Of a stretch of DNA of 64,000 nucleotides, positions 12,801 through 26,300 are shown in pieces. A program made the translations under genes and the position numbers. Under the pieces are notes generated by a model. That model did no database searches. It worked only from the letters and a program-made list of their open reading frames with translations, and was not told where the DNA came from. The DNA comes from Antedon mediterranea (taxonomy: Eukaryota > Animalia > Echinodermata): assembly GCF_964355755.1 (NCBI RefSeq), contig NC_092670.1, forward strand, positions 35,018,388 to 35,082,387, read 5' to 3'. Positions within the stretch are counted from its first letter, which is position 1, and each line of letters opens with the position of its first letter.

Positions 12801-15800
12801 GGTATATCATAATATGGTTATATTAGAAGTAACGACCGACCAATACGTCTGATCCAGAAAGAGTGAAATTACAAAGGTAATGCCACTCTTAAGGAAATTT
12901 TATAACCTAAGGCCCTGTCTACACTATCAAACCAGTTTGACAAAAAAAGTGTGATGTGCCCAAATATGGTAGTGACATAATATTCATATATCACAGCACA
13001 TGTTTTTGTTACATAAACGTTGAAAGTGTAGACAGAGCTTTACTCTGCTTTGAATCATATAATGAATAATTGACGAAGTGCGCGTAATAAATATTTTAGT
13101 TCAAAAGCATCGATGCTGAGTAACCCCATTATAGCAGAAAAAAACCCGCGGGGAGCACGGGTTATTGCTAGTTATTATTTAAAATAATAAGTACATTATC
13201 GGGATATTTTTTTCTGTTTTTTCATTTTAGTGGTAGAAGACACGAAGACTCCTGATTCGCTCTCGAGAAAGTTTAGAAGTCTGGATACCTACCGTTTATA
13301 TAGATAATTTAGGCATAATTGTCACTTTGATTGGTAGTGGTCACTATTAAAGTAGAGGGCAATCTTCCCCGTATCCCCACCGTGGAGTGCCCCACCGGAG
13401 GTGTTTACCGATCGTGGGCGACCAATGTTTTTACTTTTTTTGTACATATGTTTGTTGTATGTTGTGCATGTATGTCATTTAAATAACAGTTACTAAACTG
13501 ACAAGCACTCGCTTCTTTTTGGTGTACTGTTGGGTGTTGTTGTTGTAAATGTAATTGAAATTGTGAATATACTAAAAACATAATTAAACTCTAAAAAATA
13601 TAAATAATTACTAAATAAAAATATTCAACAAATCTACATTATTAACTTTAGTAACATCTACTTACATTTTTCACAAATGTAGCGACGACGGCTTGTATCA
13701 CAGGATAGAATCGACCAACTGTTGTTGATATGTTTGTACATAACACAGTCCTGGTATATATTATTATTAAAATCAGAAATATTATCTACAAAAAAAGTCA
13801 AAAATCAGTTTGTAATAATAGAATATAGCACTAACATCACTGTTGATTAAAGACTACAATATCTACCGTAATTTGTACAGTATAAATCCATAATCATAAC
13901 AAAACTGCTACATACTGTATTATTATATACCATGTATTGGAAACCACAGTTTCGATCGTTCGAATTCTCCCTGATGGATATGGGGCTAATATAGAAAAGG
14001 TGCCTTCACAAAACAAGAGCAAGTTGTAGGCTACAACAGTGTTGTTAGATCATTGGGATTTCAATGTCTCCTCGGGCTGAACATTTTTTTGAGCCGATGT
14101 CGGGAAGGGGGTGGGGTGTAGTTTGTCATCTAAAAAGAAAAAAATATAGATATATCTTCTTTTGGTATTTTCAGGCTGCATAATTTTAGTGAAGCCGATT
14201 GGGTTGGCAAATTTTAGGCATAGCAAAGGGAAAATGAAATCGTCCTTGAACTTGGTAATTCAGTTCTTTTGTGGTTTAAATTTCTTTTAAATATTTATTA
14301 TTTTTTAAATTATAATTACGAATAATTAACAAATCGAACAAAACTGTTTTATTAACCCGGTTTTTTTTTTGCCGATCGATTTTAAAGAGCAATTATCCTA
14401 TCACGATCTTAATTTGACTTTATCAAAAGGAAAAATAAACAGCAAAAGCATTTAGCTTCAGACTACATATAATGACATAAGTGCACAGCGACTACTAAAC
14501 TCAGAAATATGAATCGGTCTGCACAGCAGCAATACATAATGCTCCCAACATCAATTTCGAAGTACAAGTATCATTCTGAGTTTTGATAGAAACAGATCCC
14601 AAGACCGTATACTTATCTAATACTGATATATCAACAAACAGTTTAACATCAGCTAAAATTTTAATATTGGTAAAAAAAAATATGTTAGCACACAAGCTTG
14701 TCATATCACACAAAAGGGTAAACGTCACATTCATATTTTCTCACCGCGCGCGCCCGACACTATATAGAACCTGGTTACAAAAATGAGGTTTTTAGAACGA
14801 ACAATATTGTATGGTACGATACTTGGCTATAATGTTACCTGTAGGCATATAGTTGGAGCATTCAGAAGATCGGATCCACTTCATAATACCTTCATTTTCA
14901 ACATCATTTAGGCCAATCCACATATATCTTTCAGAAATGTTGAAATAGTCAAACACTTCGGTTTCATAGTCGTTCTGTAACACAACCAAATCGGCTCCAT
15001 GACTGATGCAGTGTTCTCTAGCGTCTATCCATGTGAGTTTTTTCGAAAAGAATTTGTAACAGCTGGATTGAAAGAATGACCATCCTTCGTCACATTGCAC
15101 AATCGCTAAATAAAATGTTAATATAAGGTTATTTTGCATTCCACATAGTTAAATATATTTTACGTGATATAAGAAGTCGTTTCAAATAAGCGCTAGGAAT
15201 ATGATAATAATGTTCACCAATAGGAAGCATGTACACACATACTACCCAAGTGACTCTAATACTAGCTTACTTCACTCCTAGCCTAAGCGTATTAATGCTT
15301 TATTTCCTGTATACAAATGACTGCAAGTCCAGTACAAATAATGTTCACTATTTGAAATATGCAGATGATACTGCCATTGTTGGCTTGTTAAAGTATAGAA
15401 TGAAGAATAGAATGCTTTCTCTGAATGGTGTAAGGACAATAGCCTATTTTTGAATGAAAAGAAAATTAGAGAGATGAAATTTGATTTCAGGAAAAATTGA
15501 CCTATTGAATCACTCAGTATAAATGGATCTGTTATTGAAATCGTAAAATAATTACAAATAACTAAATTGGGATGAACAATGTAAATACTATACGGAAATG
15601 AAAGATGCGACTGTTCTTTCTCAGAAAACTAAATAAATGTGGAGTGGAAAAGTCAATATTAAATTTGTTCTACTCATCAGTGGTTGAAAGTGTCATCGCT
15701 TTCTGCTTTGTTGTATGGTATGGAAAAGTAAAGAAGAAGATAAAACTTCTATCCAAGGCATCGTGATGGAATGTGGACTAATCACTGAAATGAATTATTC

Positions 15801-18800
15801 GCTGAAGGAAATATGTCATAAATGTATTAAATCTAAAACCACGAATATTCATAAAGACGTAAAACACCCGTTTTTATCATAAAATGCGCTCAGAGAGAAA
15901 TGATCTGTATAGGTAGATCTATTAGATGTAGAAACGAGAAATCTAAAAGATCATTTGTTCCTTACTCGATCAGGTTGTATAACACTGAATAATCTAAATT
16001 GAATCCATTAGGCCTAAAGGGGATATTTTCTTTCTTTCTTTCTTTCTTTATTTTACCCATGAATATATAAATTATAAACATTGTATACAAATACTAATAA
16101 CTATATTAAGGAAAGGGCTAAAAAACAGTTAAAACTAATCAAGTTCAGCCCTTGTGAACCAGTTCACCGAGGTAACACCCTACTCGTCTCAAATGAACTG
16201 AGTTCTTTAAACTGCACACGGGTAAACTGTGTAAATTACTGGACCTATAGGATTTATAGTTTTTATCCGAAAGGACTTGGGAGGAATTAAACAGGAGCAG
16301 TATCACGTTAGTAACGCTAAACATCCTGCAGCATCGCGGCTTCTGTCGGTGATCTTCATCACATATGATAGTCAATCTAGAGACTATTTAGAGGTTATGT
16401 TAGGTGCTATAAGGCCGGTTGATGTCACGATACTGCATGATGTTTACTGTCCCCGGACATAATACCTTGTACGACGAAAATCGATTGCAAGTTTGATTCC
16501 TGACTATTGTAGCTTTTTTTTGTTTGGTTGGAGCTTTAAGTGAAACATTATTTTGAACTAAAATGCAATCGAGTTGCCTAAATGACAACATCAATAAGAT
16601 GATGCAATGAGCTATTCCAAATTAGAAATATAAGACAAATTAATACTAAAAAAAAAATTACTAAAATCATATTGTGAACCAGTGGGATTGGTGGAGAAGA
16701 ATTTACATATCTGGTAACGTGTTTGGTGAATAATGATATGACATTTCCTTTCCTTTTTTAAGATTTCCTTTCATCAGGCACACAACTGTTCTCAAACATC
16801 AATATTCCACTAATTACGAATTTATTAGTATCTTTTGAAATATCCACATTGTAAAGATAACAATAATAATAATAAGTAGCCTATTAGTTTTCATTGTTGT
16901 AACTTACGCAGAAATAGGAATTTCGTAAGTATTAAATGGAACAACGAATATACAAACTAGTATATAAAGAAACATTGTGAATCTGACATAGAAGTAATTA
17001 TTGGTAAATCAACTGTGTACACTTTCCAAGCAAAAGATGTAATCGAAGATTAGTTTTATTTGATTTCACAGGCTTTGTATCAACTACATTATATCACTCC
17101 ATCAAATTGGCACGAATCTTTTTTAAGAGTATAATTATAGTACATTTGCGTAAAGATATCTATATTTATTTATTTTATTATATTTATTTCCTCCAGAGAA
17201 TACAAAACAGATAAATTTAATCACAATATATAATAACATAAAAAAGCTTTAAGCCTGTGACCGTATTTACCAATCTCACTTAGGCTAAGGGAAATACTTA
17301 CCCTTAAAATTTAAGAATTCTCTTAACAAAGGGAAACACTAAGGGGTATTCACAAATTAGTTAAGGGATTCACTTACCCAAGGAAAACACTTAATTTAAG
17401 GGTAAAACTTAAGGGTAAAAATAATCATAAATATTCATGAGTTTCCCATTGTCCAATCACAGAGGATTTAATTCCCCTATGGTCACTTTCCTCGTCTCTA
17501 AAACTAATTTGCATATTTAAAAAGGGAGTAAGGGGTTGGGGGACGGGGAGGATGGAGAGAAAAGTGTGTGGACGATGATCAATAAAAAGAAAATGGCGGT
17601 CAAAACGAAAACAAGTAAATGAATATTAGACCTAGACTAATTTGTATGAGGATCAAGCAAAATAGGTCTAGTCTAGATGCTACTAACAAACCAACATTCT
17701 GTGTAGGCCTAAACCTTTCTGTATTGAGGCATATGCATCCGAGGGTGGTTTGGGCAGACCAACAGGGGGCCTAGCATCTCTACCTAGCCTAGGCCTAGGC
17801 CTAGCCTACTAGAATGGGGGATAATTTCTATTAACAACGAAATGGGAAGCCATCTTTCACGAAAATCCACTCAAAACAAAAAATAAATGAATATATAGGC
17901 CTAGATAGACTAATTTGTATAGTGAGGATCAGCAACAAAGGTCTAGGCCTACTCAAACCAAACATGAATCCTAGGCTGGTTAGTGGGCACATCAACAGGG
18001 GGGGAGGGGGCCTAGCATCTCCACCTAGCCTAGAATGGGGCTATCTACAAGTAGGCACATACAGAATCGCCTGCACAACCAAGTCACTGAATAGTTACGG
18101 GAACTTCTAAGGTCCCCCTTTGTGAATACCACTTAAGTGAAACCCTTAATATTTTCTTGATTTAAGGGAAATTCTTAGGATTTAAGGGAAATATCTCACT
18201 TAAGTGTGATTGGTGAATACAGCCACAGGCTTTAGCGAGGAGCTGATACGAGTGAAGGGGGGCATACCGAGAGGGAACAGAGTTTCTATACAATAAAATG
18301 TTCGGAATGCCCAAATCACCCATCTGCAGAAAAAACAAAATCAACCAAATTATACTTAGGCCTAAACAAACAACCATAAGAAATACAATTTAAGCTATAC
18401 GAATAATACTTATATGTTTTTAAAATGAACTAAAAATACCATTACGTATTGATGGAGGAAGAGAGTTCCAATCACCAATTATTCTATGACAAAAGGAATA
18501 TGTAATTCATTGCATCTTGAGTTTCTATTACAAAGTGTAGTGTATTATTTTCTTACATTGAGAATAAAATCAAACATATCAATAATTGTACTATTGAACA
18601 ATTAAAAGAAAGAAAAAACAGATCAATAATTTTTAGTTTTGTATAAGTGAAACAATTCTCAACTGGGCCATCGGTTTTCATAGGATATAGCCATAATTGG
18701 TCCTCAAAAAAAGTATAGACTGATTTGAAACCGAGTAAAATCCCTCTAGATGTATTATAGTTAGACCAAAGAGTAAGTTGATTAACAACTAAATGGTTAG

Positions 18801-21248
18801 ACCCTAACCTATTGATCGTCCCTTCTTCCTACATCCAAGTATTGCCGATGAACTGAAATGGCGAAATTAACTGGAAAAGTACGATTGCTAAAATCATTTT
18901 AATTAATCTAAGCGTTGCAGAGATAAAAACAAATATTCAAATTAAGGTCAGAGATAAACGTTAAGCTTTGTCTATACTATCAAACTTTATGTGACAAAAA
19001 ATGTGATGATCACATTTTTTTTGTCACCTAAAGTATGATAGAGAAGGCTTTTGAAATTTCACAGCTCACTATGTCGGTCGGTCGGTCGGTCGGTCGGTAA
19101 ACACTAACTTGTATATGGCCTTATCTTGATATCGATTTCATCTAGCTAAGTAAATTTTTCACAGTTTATGGCTAGGAATCGATGTGGTTATGTTTTCACG
19201 GTGCGCAATAAAAAATTACGCGATCTACGCACGATTTAACGAAATCACGTTTGTAATCATATCTTCACAAGCATGAATCACAATTAAATAAAATTTAGTA
19301 CTCATAAATTTTAGGGCATAAATCATCATATGGCAAAACATTACGTGCGTAACGCATGTAACGCATGCGTACGCGCCCTTGTAATCATATATCATCCACA
19401 AGCATGAATCACAATTAAATAAAATTTGGTACTCATAAATTTCAGGGCATAAATCATCATATGGTAATACAATTACATGCGTAGCGCATGTAGCGCATGC
19501 GAAAGCGCGCTTAACATTTCAAAATTGTCAACATTTTTTTGTAACAACATGCTTCAAATACATAAAAGGCAATGTTCACGCTTTCTCCATGATTTACACA
19601 TGAAGGCACTTTCGTTACATGAGAACTAGACTAGGCCTTCTGTATGGTTTGTAATTGTGTACTTACGCCTTTCACACACGATCGACAATTTACGGTTACA
19701 TGCATGAGTCTTCCAATTACCGGTATTACCATTAATAGCAAAGCAGCGATTACTTGTGTCCGGTTGGCCAGAAGACCAGTCTAAATCAGCGGTAATAATC
19801 AGTATAAAATCAATACAATAACATACATTAAAATTGGTAGAAACGAATGTAATTAAACAATTTATTTCTTTTAAAGCTGTATTGTTCCAAAAAACATAGA
19901 AAAAGAGTTTGAATAGGCCATTTTGCAGCATTAATAAAATTAATGAATTCCGTAGAAAAAAAAATTAAACAAAGTAATGTTTTCACAAACGGTTATTTCA
20001 ATCAAAAACCCTTCCGAAGACTTCCAGCCAATGTTACTATGTTTTACTTATTACAGTTTTTTTTCACATGAATATATTTTTCTTTCTATCCTAGGCCTAT
20101 TTTTTTGTGTCAAATTTAATAATTAACATGTGACATTAGAATGGGATATTCAACAAAAACATTTAAACAGATTATATTTCGGGGGTTGGAAAATGAAAAA
20201 TATCAAACCCAAAGAAATGTAATAATACAATGAAATGTGTTTTGTCTACAATCCAACATAACACCAGAAACAAAAACAATTAGAAAACAACTATTTAACA
20301 TGCTTACCTGTATAAGAGAAATTTGAAGGAACTATCCATTCATACTGCCCTTCCACGAGTAAATCATTTAAACCAATCCAGTAAAACCTACGATCTTTCG
20401 TTTGTATTAACTCGTCAACACAATGTTGCTCCTCTGGGCTAGAAATTACTACAAGATGCCCGCCTTCCAATTGGCAGTTTAAGCACGCATCGGAATAGTT
20501 CGCCTTCAGATCCAATACACGGTAACAGGCGGTCAAGTGGTTTTCCCAGAACATCGGACAACCTTTTGAGAAAATAGTAATAAATAAAATCATACTAATA
20601 TTCTATATTCCTTCATATAGAGGTTCATCCTATAACTTCTGCCTTAATAATTAAAATAAACGTTTGTGAATATACCAACAAAAAAAACACACAAAAGAAA
20701 AACAATTGCACATTTCTCGGGACTTATAGGCTAATGTTAATTAATATAAGCAAATATATTAGTTGGAGAACCAACATGCATTTAAGAAACACACTTCGAA
20801 TAAAATGACTGCTGATATTATGCATGTAAATGAATTTTACTCTTTATTGACAAGTTTTTTTTTACTGCATAAATAGTACGTAACGAAGCCATGATGAATT
20901 ATGCTGAGATTTAGTTCTCTTTTGGCTAATTTGAGTCTTCACACATAACACAAATTAAAATGTTATTTTGAGTGTTGTTTTATGTATTTGAAGTGAATAT
21001 AATAAATATAACGAATATAACAGAACAGAATAAAAAGGGAATATATATTTGGATGAAGTGTAAAATCATTGTATTGATCATTTGAGAATGAAATGAATAA
21101 AATAGTGGTTAACGCCACAAAAGAGAAAAAAAAAAAAAATAAAACAAATGAAGCGTAACTTACCACTGTCGATAGTTTGCCAAATGCAGAGTGAAACGGT
21201 AAAAAGGGTAATTTGTATACACAGCCTGATTTTCAAAAACGTTAACAT
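9829..21248 (-). CDS. Secreted multidomain lectin: signal peptide, 2 C-type lectin domains, 2 F5/8 type C (discoidin) domains; 3' end uncertain
   Basis: GT-AG exons: 21248-21164 (MLTFLKIRLCIQITLFTVSLCIWQTIDS), 20562-20308 (CPMFW..CY..YWIGLND), 19780-19667 (WSSGQPD..W...C....VCE), 15105-14839 (CDEGW..CY..WIGLND), 13750-13666 (DCV..W....C....YICEK), 12194-11872, 11448-11307 (VFVGN..ARFIRIHP..W...ISMRFEILGC), 11055-10727 (GAW..QWIQAD..VTGVITQGR), 9967-9829 (EFVGN..ARYIRIHP..LRCEVLGC). The junction between 14839 and 13750 could not be put in phase. Confidence 0.88.
10145..10655 (+). mobile_element. Non-autonomous element ending in stem-loops (Helentron/HINE-like, tentative)
   Basis: Intronic block ending with hairpins ACTTGACAAAATTTTGCCAAGT and ACCTCCTTGGCGGAGGT. 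The left boundary is approximate. Confidence 0.35.
11510..11830. mobile_element. Kolobok-like MITE (~320 bp, TTAA TSD)
   Basis: TTAA|AGATGTAATGCCCTCC...GGGAGACAATACATCT|TTAA. Related partial copies lie at ~19900-20200, ~23790-23930, ~25099-25390 and ~33680-33885. Confidence 0.8.
12911..13039. mobile_element. PIF/Harbinger-like MITE (TIR AGCTCTGTCTACACTATCAAAC, TWA TSD), a high-copy family
   Basis: TAA|GGCCCTGTCTACACTATCAAAC...GTGTAGACAGAGCT|TTA. Other full or partial copies lie at ~3130-3265, 9688-9795, 18963-19050, 31070-31212, 39015-39193, 43714-43835, 45185-45718, 49520-49630, 57672-57816, 57820-57975 and 59445-59590. Confidence 0.85.
13143..13172 (+). mobile_element. Helitron-type 3' terminus
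   Basis: Hairpin ACCCGCG-GGGAG-CACGGGT followed after 5 nt by CTAG|T, the canonical Helitron 3' signature. The 5' end was not located. Confidence 0.5.
15290..15990 (+). mobile_element. Degraded LINE ORF2 3' half (Rex1/Babar-like, CR1 group)
   Basis: LYTNDCKS....YLKYADDTAIVGLL RT motif, then RLFFLRKL...ILNLFYSSVVESVIAFCFVVWYG, with frameshifts. Confidence 0.8.
16165..16275 (-). mobile_element. Partial copy of the tRNA-SINE core
   Basis: Matches 28940-29045 (CCCTACTCGTCTC, TTCTTTAAA.TGCACACG, CTGGACCTA..GTTTATAGT..TTATCCGA). Confidence 0.7.
17252..18231. mobile_element. Non-autonomous Harbinger-like DNA transposon (~980 bp, TTA TSD)
   Basis: TTA|AGCCTGTGACCGTATTTACCAATCTCACTTA...TAAGTGTGATTGGTGAATACAGCCACAGGCT|TTA, with subterminal TAAGGG repeats and an internal diverged duplication (~17615-17830 / ~17885-18040). 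Confidence 0.8.
18400..18720 (-). mobile_element. CR1/L2-type LINE 3' remnant
   Basis: Minus-strand WNSLPPSIR-like motif near 18440-18475, typical of CR1/L2 ORF2 C-termini; otherwise degraded. Confidence 0.45.
19250..19512 (+). repeat. Tandem duplication, ~130-bp unit x2
   Basis: GTAATCATAT..CACAAGCATGAATCACAATTAAATAAAATTT.GTACTCATAAATTT.AGGGCATAAATCATCATATGG appears twice. Confidence 0.85.
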
Positions 21249-21809
21249 AGTTTTTTTCAGTGGCTCATAACGACAAGTATATAGTTTGATAGATTCCAAG
21301 TTCGAGTATCGATATTACTGCTACATATCTACAAGCAGTAAATGCTCAGCAGCAGAGTTATACGCGCCACACACAACTTAAAAAACACCGCCCTCTAGAG
21401 AAACTGGTGGTCTTAATAAGACCGACTAACGGTGAGACGCATTGTTTGTTGGGATGAGTTAATTCAGATATCACCAAAATAGATTTCCAAGCAACAATAA
21501 CAGTTAATTATTTGGGAACGATGTTCATGAAGGTGTCTAATATTATTACTAATAAAGCCGTAACTAATATCAGCGTTGCTATAAATGATCTGAGTGCATG
21601 ATTGATGTATAGTAGTAATTGTCGCTTATATGCCTAATTGTAATTTTTGTTTAAAACACTTATCGTTAACATATTTACATTCAAATAATTATATATATAA
21701 AATAAAGATAACGGTATTTTTTTCCTTTTTCGTATAAACAATATGTAGAAGTTATAAAGTATTATAAAAGTAAAGGTCAGTTATTGGTGAAAATGACAAA
21801 AAAACAAAG

Positions 21810-21930
21810 CCATATACATGGCTACAGTCACGTGCTCAAGTTGGTGTTTAGCGACCAACCAACCGACCAACCGATCGACCAACCGACCGACATAGTGAGC
21901 TGTAGAGTCGCGTTGCACGCAACTAAAAAC
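21810..21930 (+). mobile_element. DINE-1/Helentron-like short repeat with (GACC)n and terminal hairpin
   Basis: (GACC)n-GACATAGTGAGCT.TAGAGTCGCGTTGCACGC.ACTAAAAA. Related copies lie at ~9520-9580, ~19063-19105 (reverse), ~25393-25526 and ~25606-25661. Confidence 0.6.
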
Positions 21931-23378
21931 ACACAACAAAAAATAAACTTAGAAATAGGCCAATAACATAACAAAACTATTTAAATATGCAAGTTATAAT
22001 TTTGGACAATTTTCATGTGTGAAGCGAACGATGAGGTGGAAAGACAAAAAAGGGTTAGGTGTATTTTTAACCAGGGCGTTTTAACGATTAATTAAATTAT
22101 TATTGAAGGAATGAGACAATCTTTTCTGGTTTAAGTACAAACAAACAAAGACTACTGATCGAATTATTTTGATCTAATCGTGTAAAGGATAGGAGAAAAA
22201 AAATGGAGACAAAAATCAGAATAACTTTGGAGTATAAATTAGGAAGATGTATAAAATCATTGTATTGATCATTTCAAAATGAAATGAATAAAAGCAGTGG
22301 TCAACGCCACCAAAAGAGAAAACAGACAAACAAAGAAAGATGGTAGTATTGCTTTACATTGCCTCGTTCCATCCATCCGTCAACAAGCATTATGGTTTTC
22401 GTTCCTTTTCCTGGGCCTCTGTCGCCCTTTTGAAAGGTCTACCCATCTCTACCACTCTGGCGGCTACTTCAACCGCTATATTTAAGGCTGCCCTGAACAT
22501 TTTTTCTCTCTTAGTTTTCCGCTTTTTAATCTTTTGCGCATTTAGGCTTTGCATAATGCGCGATAAAGCCCCATTTATTATTTATTATGAATACATACAG
22601 AGAAATACAAAACATGGAGAGAGAATGATGAACAAAAACCCGTTCATGATATGATCGATTCTCGTGGTGGGCCAACCCAACCTAATTCGTGGGCCAAGCT
22701 AGCTTTTCCGTTGCGCTACCGCGGCTCGTAATAACCGATCGTAATACAACCTCCTGTCTCTATACGCTGGCATCGTCTAGTAATATATCAATATCAGCGT
22801 TGCAAAAATGTAGCGCCACCATAATTATATTAAATAATAATGTTTAGACGAGGTACTTCACCACACACAAGCATTGCACGGCAAGTGCGTAAGTACGCTT
22901 TTTTTCAACATTATCATCGCCTTAAGAAAGTCACTACTGACGTATCATAGAACGGTAAGTCTGTTTTCTTATACAGGACCGTCAGAAATCAATGAGCTAG
23001 GCCGCGCCTACAGAGTAGGCCAAAAGAAATCTATAAACTCCACTCTCTACTGCAGATATTTGGAACAAATCTAAACTCTCCAATATAATTTAGAACTGCA
23101 TCTTTAATCAAAGGGTAGGCCTATAACAAGTTAACAATATACAAATAATATATCTTGTAGCTATATGTTTGAATAAAGTAGTTTATGTGAGAAAAAGAAG
23201 GAGGACAAGGTGGGACGATGGCCGAAGAGAGGATTAAAAAATGCATTTTGTATTTTTAAACTTTCCCCTTTTTCAGGGTTTTAACTATTTTCTAATTCAC
23301 CGCCCGATCATTTCTTATAATTCCTGAAAATTGAAGGAGTGAGAATATCTTTTTAGAATTAAAAACAGCAACAGAAAG

Positions 23379-26300
23379 ATGCTCGTGTTGATTTTTATCT
23401 ACTATCTGCTCTGTGGAGTTTGTTGTCAAGGTAAGCAAGTATTTTAATGTAACATCAGATCTTTTAGAAGGGGTATTGAAGTAATTCGTTCAATTTAATG
23501 TATTTTTAGAAATAGAATAATTGTATTTTGATATTGTAAAGAGTTTAATATGGTTAGTAGCCGACAATAGATGTTTATATTTTATCATTTTAAAGAGAGC
23601 CACTTGATATCACCTGGCCTGCAGTGAATGGGTTTTAGTTATTTAGTTGGACAGGTTATTACTTTCTCTAAATAAATGGGAAATTAAAAATAAACAAATA
23701 AATAAATACTACGGGGCAGCAATAGCTCTCAATATACACAGGAAATAACGTATAAAAGACCATAAACAAAACAACAATTTCAATTAATTTTGTTTGAAAT
23801 CGTATATTTGTTTTCACTTATAAAAAGATAAAAAAACGGTTAAATTTAAACCAAAAAACAATGTTTTACTATCGTTTGGTTAAATATACAGTTTTTCAGG
23901 TAAATATTTTTTTCCGATCCAAATACATGAAATGCAATAGCTGATAAAAAAAATATAACATGAAATAACAAATAATTTTGGAACGTGTTTTAACTATAAA
24001 AAAGTCTTTATATGAATTACGGTACGGTAATCCTATAATCAATAGGCCTAGTGTATCAATTATCGGGTTTTTTGTCATGGCTATTTTACTTTATCATTTT
24101 GATTAAGCTTTTTGCTTGATTTATTTGTATCTCTTTTGATATTCAGCCAATGATACCACAGCATTGTAATTTTCAGTAATTTGCCTTTGGATTTATAAAT
24201 ATAAATAGAAATTTCAAATAGGAAAATCGAATTGCAATAACAACGATTTTTTTAAAATATAAATATAAAAATTGAAAGTTCAAATCAAGGAAGAATTGCA
24301 CGTTATAGTGTAATTTCTTAAGATAAATAATAAATCTTTAGATTAGATTAGATTTCCAATGTTTCTTTCAACGACTTTTAATTCTATAATTCTTGATTTA
24401 CATTGATCCTTAAAAGATTAAAGATTTAAAAACTTTTATTGGTCCACTTTTGCTTGGCATAATTCAGACAATAAAACAAAAAATCATCAAATTGGAAAAA
24501 AGCAATGTTAAAATACTATTTAAATAAACTATAAACTACTATTTAAAACTATTTAAAATGTAGATTGCAAAATCTACATTCATAGGCCATGTACAAAATT
24601 GGAACAATGAGTTATCACGGAACGTTAGAATTGTGTTGAATGCTATTTACAAAAGACTTCGATTGGTTTTTGGTGGTTTAATGCCAGATCTATAATTTTC
24701 GTAACATTAAAGATGTATTGTCCCCCAAAAACATGAAAAATGATTAATTAAATCAGACTTTGAATAGGTTATTTTGTAGTTTTAATAAAGTGATTCACAT
24801 CCGTAGAAAAAAACCGGAAATAAATCATGTTTTCACTTATAAAATAACATGATAAATGGTTAAATTCAACCAAAAATCCATTGGCTGGCAGCCAATTTGA
24901 CCATTGCTTTAAATTCCATTTTTTTAGGTAACTACATATTTTTTCGATCCAATTTTTAGTCGAAGTCAATAACTATTATGTGACATTAAAATGGCATATT
25001 CAACAACAAAAATTTCAAAAAATTATTTTTCAGGGGGACAATACATCTTTAATGTTAACGGATGAGTGGATCTTTCATAAAATTTTCAACTTTTCTTAAA
25101 GATGAAAAATGAAGATTAATTGAATCAGACTTTGAATAGGTTATTTCATTTCATAAACTTAATCACTTCCGTAGAAAAAGCCGAAAAAATAATGTTTTCA
25201 CTTAGAAAAAGACAAAATAAATGGACAAATTCAATCAAAAACCATTGACTGCCAGCAAATGTGATTATTTTTTGCTTTCAATTATAGCTTTTTTCAGGTA
25301 AATACATTTTTTCAACCCAATTTTTGGTCGATAACTATTATGAGACATTAAAATAGCATATTCAACAACAAAAATGTTTAAGAATTTTTGTTTATACATG
25401 ACTGTATAGGCCTAGTCGCGTGCGCAAATTTGAGTTAGTGTTTACCGACCGACATAGTGAGCTATAGAGTCGCGTTGCACACGACTAAGCGTTGCACACG
25501 AATAAGCGTTGCACGCGACTAAAAATGTTGAAAAAATGTTTAAAACATTTCTATTTGCCTCCAAGTATTAATATCCACTGTCAAAATAACGAAAAAATAT
25601 GAATATGAGTTAGTGTTTACCGACCGACCGACATAGTGAGCTATAGAGTCGCGACTAAAAATGGGTTTTACTATCTGGATCTAGATATCTGAATCCGTAT
25701 TAACGGTAGAATTATCTATTACTATTTGAAGGCGATTATCCACACTCATTAATTCTGCTTTTCTGAATCTTCAGTTCAGATCTTGACGGCAGCAGACTCA
25801 CATGCTTGCTTACAGAAGGAGGAAATACCAGTATTGAGGAACTGTGAGGAACTTCGTATTTTTGGTGTAAGAAGCACAGATAATTCAAAGTTTTGTGTCG
25901 ATCCAGACGGAGAGTACTACGGAATTGAATCTTTCCAAGTGGAATGTGAAAAGGCTACAGATAATAGCACTCCAACAGGTACAACTATTCATTCATTCTT
26001 TTATTTGATCAAAATCACATAAAACAAGTAAAAAGGTTTATGAATAAAACAGTATTAAACAACAACATATAAAACAATGATACAAATATTTTAAAACATC
26101 TAAAACTGTATAAAAGCAATTTTTTAAACCCATTGAAAATTCATAAAAGAGATAAAAAGGGTGAAAAGGGGTGATTTCGATCAGGATCGTCCAAGAAAGC
26201 CAATAACTCAAGTTTATTTCCATTGCCTGAGTCCTACAATTTGTTTAAGATAATTTCACATAATCCTAACATTTTTCGATTAAATTAAGCCTTGTTATTT

